Source: Phoronis australis
Taxonomy: Eukaryota; Animalia; Phoronida
Direction of reading: 5' to 3'
Length of the DNA stretch: 64,000 nt
NCBI GenBank assembly: GCA_002633005.1
Contig: NMRA01000410.1
Span: 213,977 to 277,976, forward strand
Below, piece after piece: positions 39,660 to 51,606 of the stretch. The translations under genes were made by a program, and so were the position numbers. Each line of letters opens with the position of its first letter. Within the stretch, counting starts at the first letter, position 1. The notes beneath the pieces are model-generated. The model searched no databases and was not told the origin of the DNA. It was given only the letters and a program-made list of their open reading frames with translations.

Positions 39660-41175
39660 GAACCCTGGGAAAAGGCGACCTGAAAGTTGAAACGAGAAAG
39701 TGCGTCAGCGATGATGCTAGTGTAGCCGGGGATATGTTTTGCCCGAAAATAAACATTAAAGGTAAGAGCGGAGATGACCAGACGACGAACAAGAGACATA
39801 ATGGGGGCGTGGCGGGAGGAGGTCTTGTTGATAATGTGAACGACAGCACGGTTATTGCACAGGAAGAGGATCTTGTGGTTGGCGAGCTTTGAACCCCACA
39901 GCTCTAGCACTATAGCGATAGGAAGGAGTTCCTTGAAGGTGATGTGATGGCGCTGCAGGTGCTTGGGCCACGGGCAGGCAAACCAGGAAGCTCCTAAGGT
40001 CGCAGCAAAACCCCCGTTGGAGCCCGCAGCATCAAAGTACAGTTTGATGGTGTCTGTAAATGTCCACTCGTCGAATAGGAACAGTGTTTTCCCATTGAAG
40101 CCTCGGATAAAGATGGACCAAGCCCGAAGGTCCGCTCTAGCTTCTTTATTGAGAGTGACGAAGTGGTCTGGTCTCGAAATGCCGATGGTGAGGTTGATGA
40201 GTCCGCGCAGGAAGGCGCGGCCGGGTACGATGACGGAGCAGGCGAAGTTTAGTAGACCAATGAGGGATTGGAGGTCGCGAAGAGTAACCTTTCGGCGCTT
40301 TTGGAAGTCGAGCAGGAGGTTGGAAGCTCTGTCCACCTTGTACTGTGGGAGAGAAGCAGTCATGGTGGCAGAGTCGAGGTGCATGCCATAAATGGTGATG
40401 GAGGTAGTCGGCTGAATTGTCTTGTCGAGGTTGATAGGGAGTCACAGAGTGATATGAATCTGGCAAGGTCCCGGGAGCATGTTGGCGAGGATGGGGGGGC
40501 CCACGAAAAAGAAGTCATCGAGGTAGTGCGAAACGCCGGCGACCTTCAAGTTGGTGAGGATCTTTTGAATCGCACAACTGACCTTTTTGAAGATGTTGCA
40601 GCTGGAGGCACAGCCAAATGGCAGGCACCTGTCGTAGTAGAGGTTGTTGGCCCAGGAGAGACCTAAGAGGTGGTAGTCGTCAGGGTGCACCTGTACGATG
40701 CGAAAAGCGTCATTGATGTCAGTCTTAGCCATGAGGGAGTGGCGCCCAAACCGTTGAACCAGGCGGATAGCGTCCGTGATGGATTGGTACTGGACTTGGG
40801 AGAATTGAGGGGGTATGAGGGTGTTAACTGAGTTAGCGTGACGAGATGGATATGACAAGTTATGAATGAGACGAAAACTGTTAGGGTGAGATTTAGGGTT
40901 GAGGGCAAGGAGTGACAAAGAGAAAAGGGGGAATGGGGGGATGGGAAGGGACCGGCATAGCGACCCAGCAGAACCTCAGTCTGTATTTTCGGAAAGGTAA
41001 CTTCGGGATTACGGAAAGCTGATGGGTGGTTGGTGGGGTGATTGGAGTGACATATCGGGGAGGCGCCGAGTCTGAAACCAAAAGAGAAACCATTGATAAG
41101 CTCCGTAGATGAGAGGGAGTCATAACCTGAAAGGAGAGGTTTAAGTTTGCTTACTTTTACGGGTGTTGGGATACC
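39608..41175 (-). pseudogene. Ngaro reverse transcriptase + RNase H (two frameshifts)
   Basis: IPTPVKV..LINGFSFGFRLG, FRLIHNLSYP, AKTDINDAFR, LPFGCASS, HYLDDF, LQSLIGLLNF, YFDAAG, ITFKEL, CNN (expected DN), HIPG..IADALSR. Confidence 0.93.
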
Positions 41176-42148
41176 TGGCAGGTGGGTTGGTGGTTTTGGA
41201 GATGCATGATCGGGCTGGGTGGTTGGTGCCGCAGAAGCCACAACAATGCTGGTTTCGGCAGAGGGGAAGGTTGCAGGACTGGTCGTTGAACTTCCAGCAG
41301 TTACCTGTGAGGAAAGAGTTGGGGTTAGGGGTTGGGGCACGTGGGCCTCGAAAAAATGTGGAGGTGGATGAGCCCTGGCGAAAGGACTGACTGTTGGTTG
41401 GGTGGCGTTGGATCTTGTTGAACTTGAGGCAAACTTGGCGCCACAGGTCCCAGTGGATATGGTCCCACTCGAAGGGGAAAGAAGACCGAAATTTCCTGAA
41501 ATGGGTATCATAAAACAAGGCTGCAGAAAGGCCGTAGTGTGTGTTGCAGTCATGAACTATGGTCGAATACTTTGGGAGCTTAGGGGCAAACTTCTGGACC
41601 AGGATGGACTGGAAAATATTGAAGGCCTGGGTCCACTGAAGAATGGATGAGATGGCCTTTGGACGTGCAGAGCTGGAAAAGATTGGAGTGTTATCGGTGA
41701 AGGAGATGGAGACAGAGGGATTGGAGCAGGCGGATGGCTCACCTGAAAGGAGAGAAGAAAAGTCAATGAACTCGTTGTTGAAGATGCGTATACGAGTTTT
41801 TGGAGTCGACATGAAAACCCAGAGGCAACGACATATACAAATTATTTGATGAAGTGTCAATACCCGAAAAAAGACGGAGTGGTAGTCGCATCGGAGGCTG
41901 AAGGTGGGGCAGTGAACGTCGGCTGGGAGGGGTAGAACGGAGGTGACGGGTCCAGCGGCTGGCTAACGGTGGGCGGCGGAGCGGCAGAATCTGCGTCATA
42001 GTCGTGTCAATTATGCAGCCAGCTTAGCATAGACAATGACGGGCGGCGATGGCTGGATTTCGGATGATGCTGGTGGCGCTGGTGGAGGACGCTCGAAGGG
42101 ACTTGCAGACTTGCAGGCATATGCCCTGGTGGCTTTCTTGGGTGCCAT
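41141..42148 (-). pseudogene. Ngaro gag-like ORF (stop and frameshifts)
   Basis: MAPKKA start at 42148, LGFHVD..RIFNNEFIDFSSLL, WTQAF, YDTHFR, and C-terminal CWKFN..C...C..QH.CGFCGTNH...C. Confidence 0.85.
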
Positions 42149-42214
42149 GCTGGAAAAAGAAAAACATACACCACCGGGGGAAAAATCCAGGGTGACGATC
42201 CCGGGGCGGGGACA

Positions 42215-42682
42215 ACCGCCGAAGGGAAATGAATAAAAAATGGGAAGTACAGGGGATATAATCATCCCGAAAGGGAAGACAGAACCTCGTCATGGGAACA
42301 CCGCCGAAAGTAGTGGTTAGAACAGGGTATTGTAAGGCCCCCTGCAGGCAAACCGCCGAAATAGAATTGAGCGAGCGAGGTATTAAAAAGGTGGAAACAA
42401 GAGGTACAATCCCTAGGAGGGATAGAGGGATAACTAGGGGGCTGCGTAAGCCAGAACAAGGAGTAAACCCTCCTAGTAACCGCCGAAATAATGTGTAGTT
42501 GGCAGGGAATAAGCCCCCCTGAAGGCAAACCGCGGAAAGTGAAAGAATTGTAGAGGAGGCAAATATGGGGATATAATAATCCCATGAGGAAAGAACCTCG
42601 TTGAGAATACTGCCGAAAGGAGATATTAATATGACAGGGCATTATAAGGTCCCCTGTAGGCAAACTGCCGAAAATGAATATT
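42215..42682. repeat. Degenerate internal repeat array (about seven ACCGCCGAAA-like cores; ~120-bp block duplicated at ~42252-42370 and ~42567-42682)
   Basis: Seen directly. Confidence 0.7.
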
Positions 42683-42819
42683 TAGAACGAGGTGTAAGGT
42701 AGGGGTCCAGGATATAACGATACAAAAAAGTACCAGGAATAACTGGAAGGAAAGGGGAGGGGTGGGGCGGGACTAGAGGGTGAGAAGGCCCAGTTCGCGA
42801 AGGTGGTGACCAATGGCCA

Positions 42820-43365
42820 CGCGAATGCTGAAGGCGTGTTTATGAAGGCCCGAGTGGTTAAAGTGGATCCCGTCTGGGCGGTAGAGGTGGTTGGGGTTAG
42901 CCCAGAAACCTCCCTTGTGAGTCCAAAAATAAATGTGGGGCTCGTGGGACAGGAGTGATTTAAGGGATGAGTTGAAGGCGAGAACGAACGCCTCCCGGCA
43001 TGTAATCGGTGAAACGCCCGTCCGACGAGGACACGACGGACGTCGTAGGCAATTAACAAAAAACGGGCGAAAGAAACGAGGTGGGAGGCCAAGGCATGAG
43101 GTGCGATGGAGGTGGAGTGGAGGTCATTCCCTCCTATCTGGAGAAAAACGAGGTCGGGAGGGGAACGGGGAAGGGAACGGGTGGCCGGTTGGATGGACTT
43201 CGGGCTGGGCAGAAGGGTCCCACCCGACATGCCCAGGGACAAAATGGTGACCAGGGAAGGTCGGAAGCCGTAGTTATGGAAGTAGCGGGCCTGGGGAGGG
43301 TCGGACACGAAGTTGTGCAGCCAACGAACGTAAGAACTGCCAAGGATGAGAACATGGGGCTACAT
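42820..43365 (-). pseudogene. SGNH/GDSL hydrolase (esterase) ORF of the Ngaro element
   Basis: ATG at 43365, TAG at codon 2, then VLILGSSYVRWL (block I), GMSGG (block II) and LVFLQIGGNDL (block III). After a frameshift, DGIHFN (block V) at ~42875. Confidence 0.85.
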
Positions 43366-45199
43366 GGGGTATAACGTGGATGAAAAGGTTGGTTAAAATC
43401 AAAAACGGGACTTACCTCGAAAAGGACGAAGTAAAGCAGAGGAACGAGAAGTGGCAGAGCGTCGCACCCGAACGGAGTAAGGGGTCAAGGGTCAAAAGGA
43501 ATCGAAGAAATGCAAACAAAAAATGCAGAGAACGAACGTAGGTCTTGTAGACGACGAGGTAGGTGGCTGAATGAGAGAGACCACGGTGAACTGATTAAAG
43601 GAAATATGGGCGACAAATCAGGTGTCGCGTAGAGAATACAAAAATAGGCCCTTGAGGCTATAAATAGAGATGAGTAATGCAAAATAAACCCTAAGGACTG
43701 GTATCAAATTAAAGAGACAAATGTCAAAATAATGACGATAATGCATTTAACAAGTTAAATTTAATTAATTGTTTGCCCATGTTCTTTCATTTCATTTGAT
43801 GTTTCACTAAATGTTCAATCTTGTCGATAAGGTCCTACATAAACCTTTTATGTTCAAGAGAGATCCTTGAATAGCTTTATCAATGTCTCAGTAAATGTCG
43901 TGAAACGATCAAGTAGCAACATGATGTTATCAACTACACGTATTTGCGAATAAACTCTCTCGAATTTTCGATGAAAATGATTTAGATCTGTTAAAGCTGC
44001 TATGCTCAATAAAAACAAAATTCGAAATAGGCCTTTCAGTCTCTTTAAATCGGTATCATAATATTCCTTACCGTGATATTAGGTTTCCGTTACCAAAAGG
44101 AACATCGAAACCATCAGCGACTCAAAAAAGCATTTAAAAATTTATCGAGGTTGGCCAATCCTAAAATTGTTAATTTTAAATGGTGCACATGCGCATTACC
44201 TATGACTTGAGTTGGTAATGGAATCTTATCCTGTTTTATGAGAGTGAAAAGCCTAATTCGTTTTTTAGCCAGCAAAACAATGCGAAATGCAGCTTTAGAT
44301 ATCCGAATAGAACTACCATCCTACGATTCGCTATGAGTAGTTCTCTACGGTGCACACGACGTGCTTTTAGAGAAATTTTGTCATTTTGATTTAAAACAAT
44401 CAACAGGTTAAAAGCTGACGGTGAAGTTGGGGAAAGTCTACTTCCAGCCATTTGGAAAACGAGCTTTGAGGTTAATAATGCAATTGAACTGAAATCTTTA
44501 ACTAGGTTATTTCATTATGTTATTATTCAAAACTTTTGACAAATTGAGGTCCTTGTAAAAGAACGCAACCTTTTTTTGTGACAGTTACCGTTTTGTTCCC
44601 CAGCTAAGGTCGCAATTAAGACACTGTCGCTGCATCTAAACAAGTTTTTTAAACGGTTTTAGTCCGTAATATCCGGACATTTGTGTATGTTGGCAGCAAA
44701 GAGCGCGTAATTTTTCGAATGTGTGTGATGACTCAGGGAAAGCTCGACTCTGCAAAAGCTTGTGCACTGTTTAATATCGTAATCGAACATTTCAAAAAGT
44801 TGTTATGAGCTAAAACAAGCTATAAAACGCCTTCAAGTTAAAAGATACCAAAATTTATTGTTTTGAACTGAATGAAGGTATCATGGCTTTTTGCTTATAT
44901 AGTATCTGACTGTTGTTATTGCTCAGCCATATTTCTATAAAACAATTTATCCCATACGCGTTGAATCTGTCGAGGGAAATACGGTCATGTACATGTAATA
45001 ATGCTTTCCGTATTCACCTCCAGCACTACTTCAACAATGACCTCTGACATTGAAGGTTCAAAAGGTAGGTCAATATCGACTCGACGTCGTTAGCCGGTTA
45101 GATCATCAAACTTTTGGAAAATAGCTTAAAGTAATACAATTGTAGCAGTGTATATACCACTCAACATGCAACCAGGTCTCAGTCGTAACATCTGGAACA

Positions 45200-45590
45200 G
45201 GACTGTCAATTATACGACAGTTCTGTCTCAGTTTTCAATTGCTAAGATATATCGTCTGCAACTCAGGCACCGATTCCTCTCCAATATCAAATATTGTCGT
45301 CACTGACCATGACAGCACCCGATACTATCGGCGACAGTATTACACGAGCAGCAACGACGACCGTCCCAGCAACACGTGAACCTATCCATGCTACAGAATC
45401 CGTAGCCAGCCAGCTAGCTGTATCAAAAGACTGTCGTATATTTAGTATACAGCTTTGTACCAAGTCCAAGGCTACAGTATCCGTAGAAATGCGACAACTT
45501 ACCTGCAACAACGCTACAACGTACATATTCGCCGGAGCTGTCATCAACGGTGGCACTTATAACATCTTCGTGAAAGCAGACGACGTGTAG
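45200..45590 (+). pseudogene. Possible Crypton-like tyrosine recombinase C-terminal remnant
   Basis: SVSVFN..SSATQ..ILS followed by a Thr/Ser-rich tail ending IFAGAVINGGTYNIFV, resembling Crypton/DUF3504-type C-termini. The catalytic core is not recognisable. Confidence 0.35.
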
Positions 45591-46977
45591 GCTACGCTCC
45601 GGTCAATGACCTAGTTTCATGAATGAGTGCAGCTACCTGATGAGCATTTTACAATGTTATAAATATTCTTGTTATTAATTTATTTTTGAAATATGATACA
45701 AGTTCAATGCACGATAACTGTCGTTTTCACGCTTTTTATCAATTTCAAGTAATAAACCGTTACATTTGAAACTGTTTTCTTTTACTATAGTAAGTTAGCA
45801 ACGTAACGCGCACGTACATACACAACAGGTTGTGATTAGCCACGTAAACAGTTGGGGTGAAGTATTTATAAAATGCCGGAAGAAAACAAAAGAAACTCAC
45901 GTGCAAATCTCAATGCGCATGCCCCACACCGGTTCCTCTCTATTGCATTCTGGGATAGTATGTATGCCTAGCAACAGCGTGAGAGTTTCTATACGGACGA
46001 GATTATTGTATTTAGCTGCCGTTTTCAATTATTATGACTCGTACAAATATGTTACAAATTTTCAGTATCTTACAAAAATTATAATTTTAAAAATTTGTAC
46101 AACCAAAGACACGTGCTTATAGTTTACCTGGCCCCGGTCTCCAATCTCCGTACTGAGACTCAAATCATGCTCGCAAACTCACACTTCATACTCACCGCAT
46201 TTCATTGCCGCCAATTTTTAAAGTCCTTCTTACTACGATTCCTGGCAACTGGCAAATGTTAACCCCATGTCGTCGAGTCATTACAAGGGTCAAAAACAGC
46301 TGTGGGGTGGGGATTGCCGTGATGAAGTGCGTGTGCAATGGCTTGTAGGCCTACGGTTTCTTAATGATGAGGATTGTAAAAAAAACAGTTTGCTTCCCTG
46401 TCAGATTTCACATCATAGTCATTTAGCCATCGATAATTCCTCAATCCTCGAATGATATTCCAGATTTTGTTTGCCGATATATGAGTAGACGTCTCCTCCC
46501 GTTCACTGATGAACTCTGAATGCCTGTACTACATGTAGTGTTGTTAACTCACGCGCCAAATGTCAGCTAACTTGATACATCCCGGTAAAATGCAAAGATA
46601 CAGTATCAAAGTTTTGACATCAGCGTAGGCCTACACGGCAATGGGTTCTATGAGAGAACAGGGGTTGACCAGTAACCAAGCAACTGCGGTCCAAAAATGT
46701 CGACTGGAGTTTTTGGCTGGACAACCGGTTTACTAGAGAACACCACCGCTGGCAATTAAGGTACAAACTTTTGAAATTATACCTCCCGTCAAAGAAAGTG
46801 GGCAATTCGGACTCTCCCCTAGAAATGTTGACTGCAGGCCTGTGATATGGTACACGACTCCCGTACGGGGTCACCGGCCTACCACTGCATTAATGAAAAA
46901 TATAATTTCAATATGCCGTCAATCGTTGGTGTGACCATGCCAATTTTAGGAGTAAATGAGTCAATTATAGAGGAGAA

Positions 46978-47581
46978 GCAGAATGGTGAATGTTGGCCAA
47001 ATCCTCTTTTGTCCACTGACGTCACAAGCATACTGGCGCCCCCAGTGGAGGCCCTGAGAACTCGTAAACAAGCATGCTGGCGACTGTGATTAAAGTATTT
47101 TTTATGATTTTTCCAGAGTCGCTATGTTTTAGTGTGTTTTTTAAATAATGTTGCATGTCATATCTCTCAGGAAATTAATATTGTTCCAATACATTAAGAA
47201 AATTTGAATATTCATTCTCGCGATCCTGCAACACCATACCAATGTTCTGTGTTACACACGGCAAAGCGAAAGTTTTATCCCCACGCGAAATAGCCTCATT
47301 TACGCTCGACTAAAATGGAATCTTTCAATCATAATTAGTTGTTACTATATACCATTCATTATTATATACCATGCATTATGATTTTAGAAAAAAAACGATA
47401 CTCAACCTCCCACAATAAATACAAGTCTGTTCGCCAGCTTGGCTCGGCCGTTGCTGGGCTGGATACTTCCGGGTTCATGAACTCGGTTTGCTTACGAGTT
47501 CTCAGGGCCTCCACTGGGGGCGACAGTATGCTTGTGACGTCAGTGGACAAAAGGGGATTAGGTCAACATTCACCATTCTGC
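46978..47581. mobile_element. Mutator (MULE)-like non-autonomous element with ~95-bp TIRs and 9-bp TSD
   Basis: GCAGAATGGTGAATGTTG... is inverted at both ends. The flanks are AGAGGAGAA and AGGGGAGAA. Confidence 0.85.
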
Positions 47582-50500
47582 AGGGGAGAATGCCCCCTGA
47601 CTGCATCAGACACTGAGGTTTTGGCTGCTCCTCTCCGGCCAACTGACTTTCTTTGATAGGCTGTTTCAAATTTCGGGAGATAAGGAACTCAAGAAGTAAA
47701 GCTTAATAATTGGCAAATGTATCAAGAAATGGAAGAAGAATATTGTATTCAAACTGAAAAAATGAAAAACAGTTACTGAACACTCAGCATTCCACGTTAT
47801 ACTCTTGTAATTGTAGCGAGAGCTGACGATAACATAGTTGCTAGGGTAGTCGATGCGAATATAGGGAGCGCTGAATCAGCACGACTTTTCATGGTTTTCC
47901 ATTTCACATCATAACTGAAGAGTTCCATAGCAACTTGAGTACAATTGTCAGATTTGAGTACGTTTCGAGTCTACTCGAAATGCGACTTTAAATACGCTTT
48001 TGCGAGTACGACTCCAGTGAGCACGATTTTGAGTATGAAATCTCGAGTACACATGTATGAGTGTGAGCCTGAGTACGGAGATTGCAGAGCGGGCCCCGGA
48101 GTCACAGTCGACGGAGGTGGGGTGCGGCAAAACATTTCTATAATAAAATACAGTTGCATGCAACCTGCACTAGTTATTCATTTAATATTAATGTTTTGAT
48201 ACAAAATCAAATAAAATAACTTTATTGACCGCTCCTGTGCTAAACATTCGTTACAACACACCCGGCAACACTGTACACTGTCAAGCGATAGAGGCATACA
48301 TTTCCCATAATGCAACTGCGGCGGTAAATTCAAATATGGCGGAATTGCACATTCGCTAATGCGCATGGGATACAAATTCCGGTCGAGGTCGATACGCGGA
48401 ATAATGTCGAGTGGGATATTATTTCATGTACGCCACGCTCGGTACGTTTTGTGTATATATTTCGTTATTTTAAAGTGTCAAAACTCGCATCATGACATTT
48501 GCAAATACCATGGCACCGCGATATATCTTTAAATAGAACGAAGCGGCCAGTCATGCAACACTATTCAAAGGATTGTGACATAGGGACATTACTAGACATT
48601 TATGGCTGTTCCAAAGCTTTGCTTTTGGAGCGGAGATAAGACATGTTTTCAGCTGTATTACAAAAGTCGCTCGGCCCTGCATAATACGTGCATATCTCAT
48701 CAAAAAGTAATTGCTGGAGGAAACATTTTCCCGCGGTTTTAAAATGTCGGGCATATCTGAAGTCCTTGCGATTAGGTTGTCACCATATCTTTTTCTCATT
48801 GGACTCACGAATAACTTGATGTGTTAAACCGAAAGGGCATTTTTTTCTTTGAGTTGTCTATGCTATCTGATCAAACGAAGAAGTTCGGCTTTGTAAGAGT
48901 CGAGAAAAATGAACATGACAATGTAGACTTCTTTGTGTTTACCTTGCAGTTTCGATGCGAGAATAAACTGGTGTTCGAGTGTGTGTCTACGCCCAAGGTG
49001 TTTTTCAAAATCAAACAAAAATAAATGAAGCGCTGTTTGTGGAACGTTTTCTTTATCCGTACAAGGAAATAACATGCAGTTTGCTTTAGGGGGGGTACAA
49101 GGAAGAATGTCGTCCAGATTGTATCTATTAAAAACATTCGTGACACAAAACACACATATATATTGACAAACTTCCTTGTCTGCCTTGTAATTTTCAACCA
49201 ATGATAACAGTGTAGACTGATACTGGCAGATGTAGGATATCTAAAGTGAGTGTCAACAACAACTTTCGAACTGTATGTGAAAGACTTGTGAAAAACTTAG
49301 GACCAAATTTCTTTGCCTGAAAATTTACTTGACCGTTACAGAATGGGAGAAGTTAACATGTATTCAATTTAGCACCAACTATTAAATGGAAAGTATTAAG
49401 AGTTTACATGAACACACAAATAACAACATCTACCTAATTAAGTAATTTTTCAAGAAACAAACCCCAGAAAAGAATCACACATGAAATTTGTTTACCAATC
49501 GCTTTCATCAATTGATTGTATTTTCATCCACTGTGATAATGCTTTATGTTATGTTCAATAGTGAAAACGATGTAAGGTCTCGTTATTAATGAGAGATTTC
49601 CTGGCACAAACTAATTTCCAACACAAATTAAACGAGGCTGCTAATTCACCGATCCTAAAACATACTGTTCAGGGCATTGCCGGACAAAGGTAAAGTGGCG
49701 ATGGAAAGCCATTGGAAATTGAGCCACAGTAACGGGTCAGTGATTTTATAGATTATGAGTGTTTTCAGTCTTTATTACCCCCTCTGGCTACGATGAAAAA
49801 TCGCCAACGACGAAGCTTTTAAGGGATCGTTCAGAATTGTCGCCTTTTTCACGAGCGTACAAGCCGTATGCTTTTCCGACCTACATGCTTATTCTCCGAA
49901 AGTATACAGCAGTCAATGTTTTTATTAGGTGTGTTTATTAAACTGCATGTATACTTCAAAAATAAATGCTAGTATTGGTTTGTACAGTAGCGTGGTGTAA
50001 AAATAAAACTTCGTCTTCGAACAGTTTTGGTTGGACTAGATCTTGGCAGCCATAGACATCTTATACCATGGACCGTGCGCACGCACTGCTGCGGCTGACA
50101 ACTTGACGACATCTTTGAGAGAGCCACTAATCAAGTGACACGGATAATTGCCTTGTAAACAAAAGGGGAAATTGCCCTTTTCAAAGCGCGATATCTAACA
50201 CATAAATAGGTGGAAGACTGAGATATTTCAGAAACATAGAAAACATGTGATGCTGCACTTACATGCGTTTTTAAGTGTCAATCAGTCGATAGGGAAACAT
50301 CAAACTAACAGAAGACAGCAACCAGTGGCAGTTTCTTTAGTGGCCTGTGCTGCTGCACGCTTGTCAATCCAGTGCGAGCGATTTATTTTCTCCGTTTTCT
50401 CAAGAGAAACCAGTAAGATCGCGCAAATTTATCATTTAATTCGTGTCGCTCGAAGCAAATACAGTATATCCAGGAGACGTGCTGTTCAGTCGGGTGGTAC

Positions 50501-51363
50501 GTACTTTCGTGTTGCCCAATATACGCCTTTTCAGTATTGAAAAATGACCCGGGTAACTTTGTAATATTGAATAATATTGAAATATGAAACCGGTCGCTTT
50601 TAATGGGGTCTAAATTTAATGTGAACTACTGTGAAAAATGACAATATTAAAGTCATGTAAATAAATGACAGGTTTTTAAGTTCATTGGGGCGTCCCTTTT
50701 CAGTGACTTTACCAAACATATAGATCGGTTGTGAGCGTGTGATAACATCTAGCTCCTTTTTAACAGTCTTTTGTGTGGTATGACAACAGACAGGCCAATT
50801 ATCTGCCAGGCTTATTCAATGCCGATTACACGTGAACACAGTCAAACCCAGTGCGTGGTACGTCGGACAGGATAGATTGTCTTAACTTCGGTTGCAGTTG
50901 GGTGATTTTGGTGATTCAACAACTATAAGCAAGATCAGTATTTGATGGCGAATTCAGAAATGCTGTTGATTTATGTTCAAACATTTTGTAACTTGTTTTT
51001 AATATCACAGCCCAGTCAGGCTAGATAGGATCTTATCGGAGATTAGAGCAATTATAGAACAAAAGACCTCCAATCCTAAATGCCAGAAATTACTTAATCA
51101 GTCGCCAGTGTAAGATATTGGTTACAGCGGTCATCCGCCCAACTTGTTGTTGACTGTGTTATACAACCGAACAAGTTGGACTCAACGAGAGAACGCCGTA
51201 ATGCAAAAAGCAATGAACACAGTCTCAGTTCTTCGGGATTGCCAACGTACAAATATTCTTCTCTCACGAACGGTATTCCTTCTCACGAATCTGAAGTCTT
51301 CCCAGATCAAGCACCAGGCACTTGTTGGCGTTTTGTAGTATCCTCACACCGTGTAATTACTTA

Positions 51364-51606
51364 CATGCGCGCACCCGGCCCCCAAAATGGGGGTTTAGAA
51401 TCCCTGATATTGGTAACAACATAGGCGGTGGACTAACAAAAAAACAAAAAAACGGGGGACTATGCGTTGCACGTTTGTGCTTGTTTAATGGAATTTTGTC
51501 TCATTTTCTCAGACGATTTGTTTCTCAGGGACCGACCTTTTTGCCCACTTCGCCAAATGGGGGGCTCGTTCGATCCCCCCGAGCCCTCTCACTGGGTGCG
51601 CGCATG
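51364..51606 (-). mobile_element. MITE with CATGCGCGCACCC TIRs (family also at ~13530-13700, ~15743-15912 and ~53451-53724)
   Basis: Perfect 13-bp inverted termini. The core aaaaggtccgct.cagtgaaacaaa is shared among copies. Confidence 0.75.

Larger units (their letters stand above)
42150..43415 (-). other. Putative GT-AG intron in the Ngaro 5' region, enclosing the hydrolase ORF
   Basis: Donor GAG|GTAAGT at 43415. Acceptor tgtttttctttttccag|C-ATG at 42150, with the gag ATG at 42148. Confidence 0.65.
37654..43765 (-). mobile_element. Ngaro-type tyrosine-recombinase retrotransposon with split direct repeats A1-ORFs-B1-A2-B2
   Basis: A1 43522-43765, A2 37957-38210, B1 38212-38354, B2 37654-37796 (143 bp, one mismatch seen). 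Minus-strand SGNH hydrolase, gag, RT, RNase H and YR. It sits antisense in the gene B intron. Confidence 0.95.

Noticed and set aside
48180-49230. Cys-rich minus ORFs faintly like THAP or a Polinton cysteine protease
   Set aside because: Motifs too degenerate to support a call.
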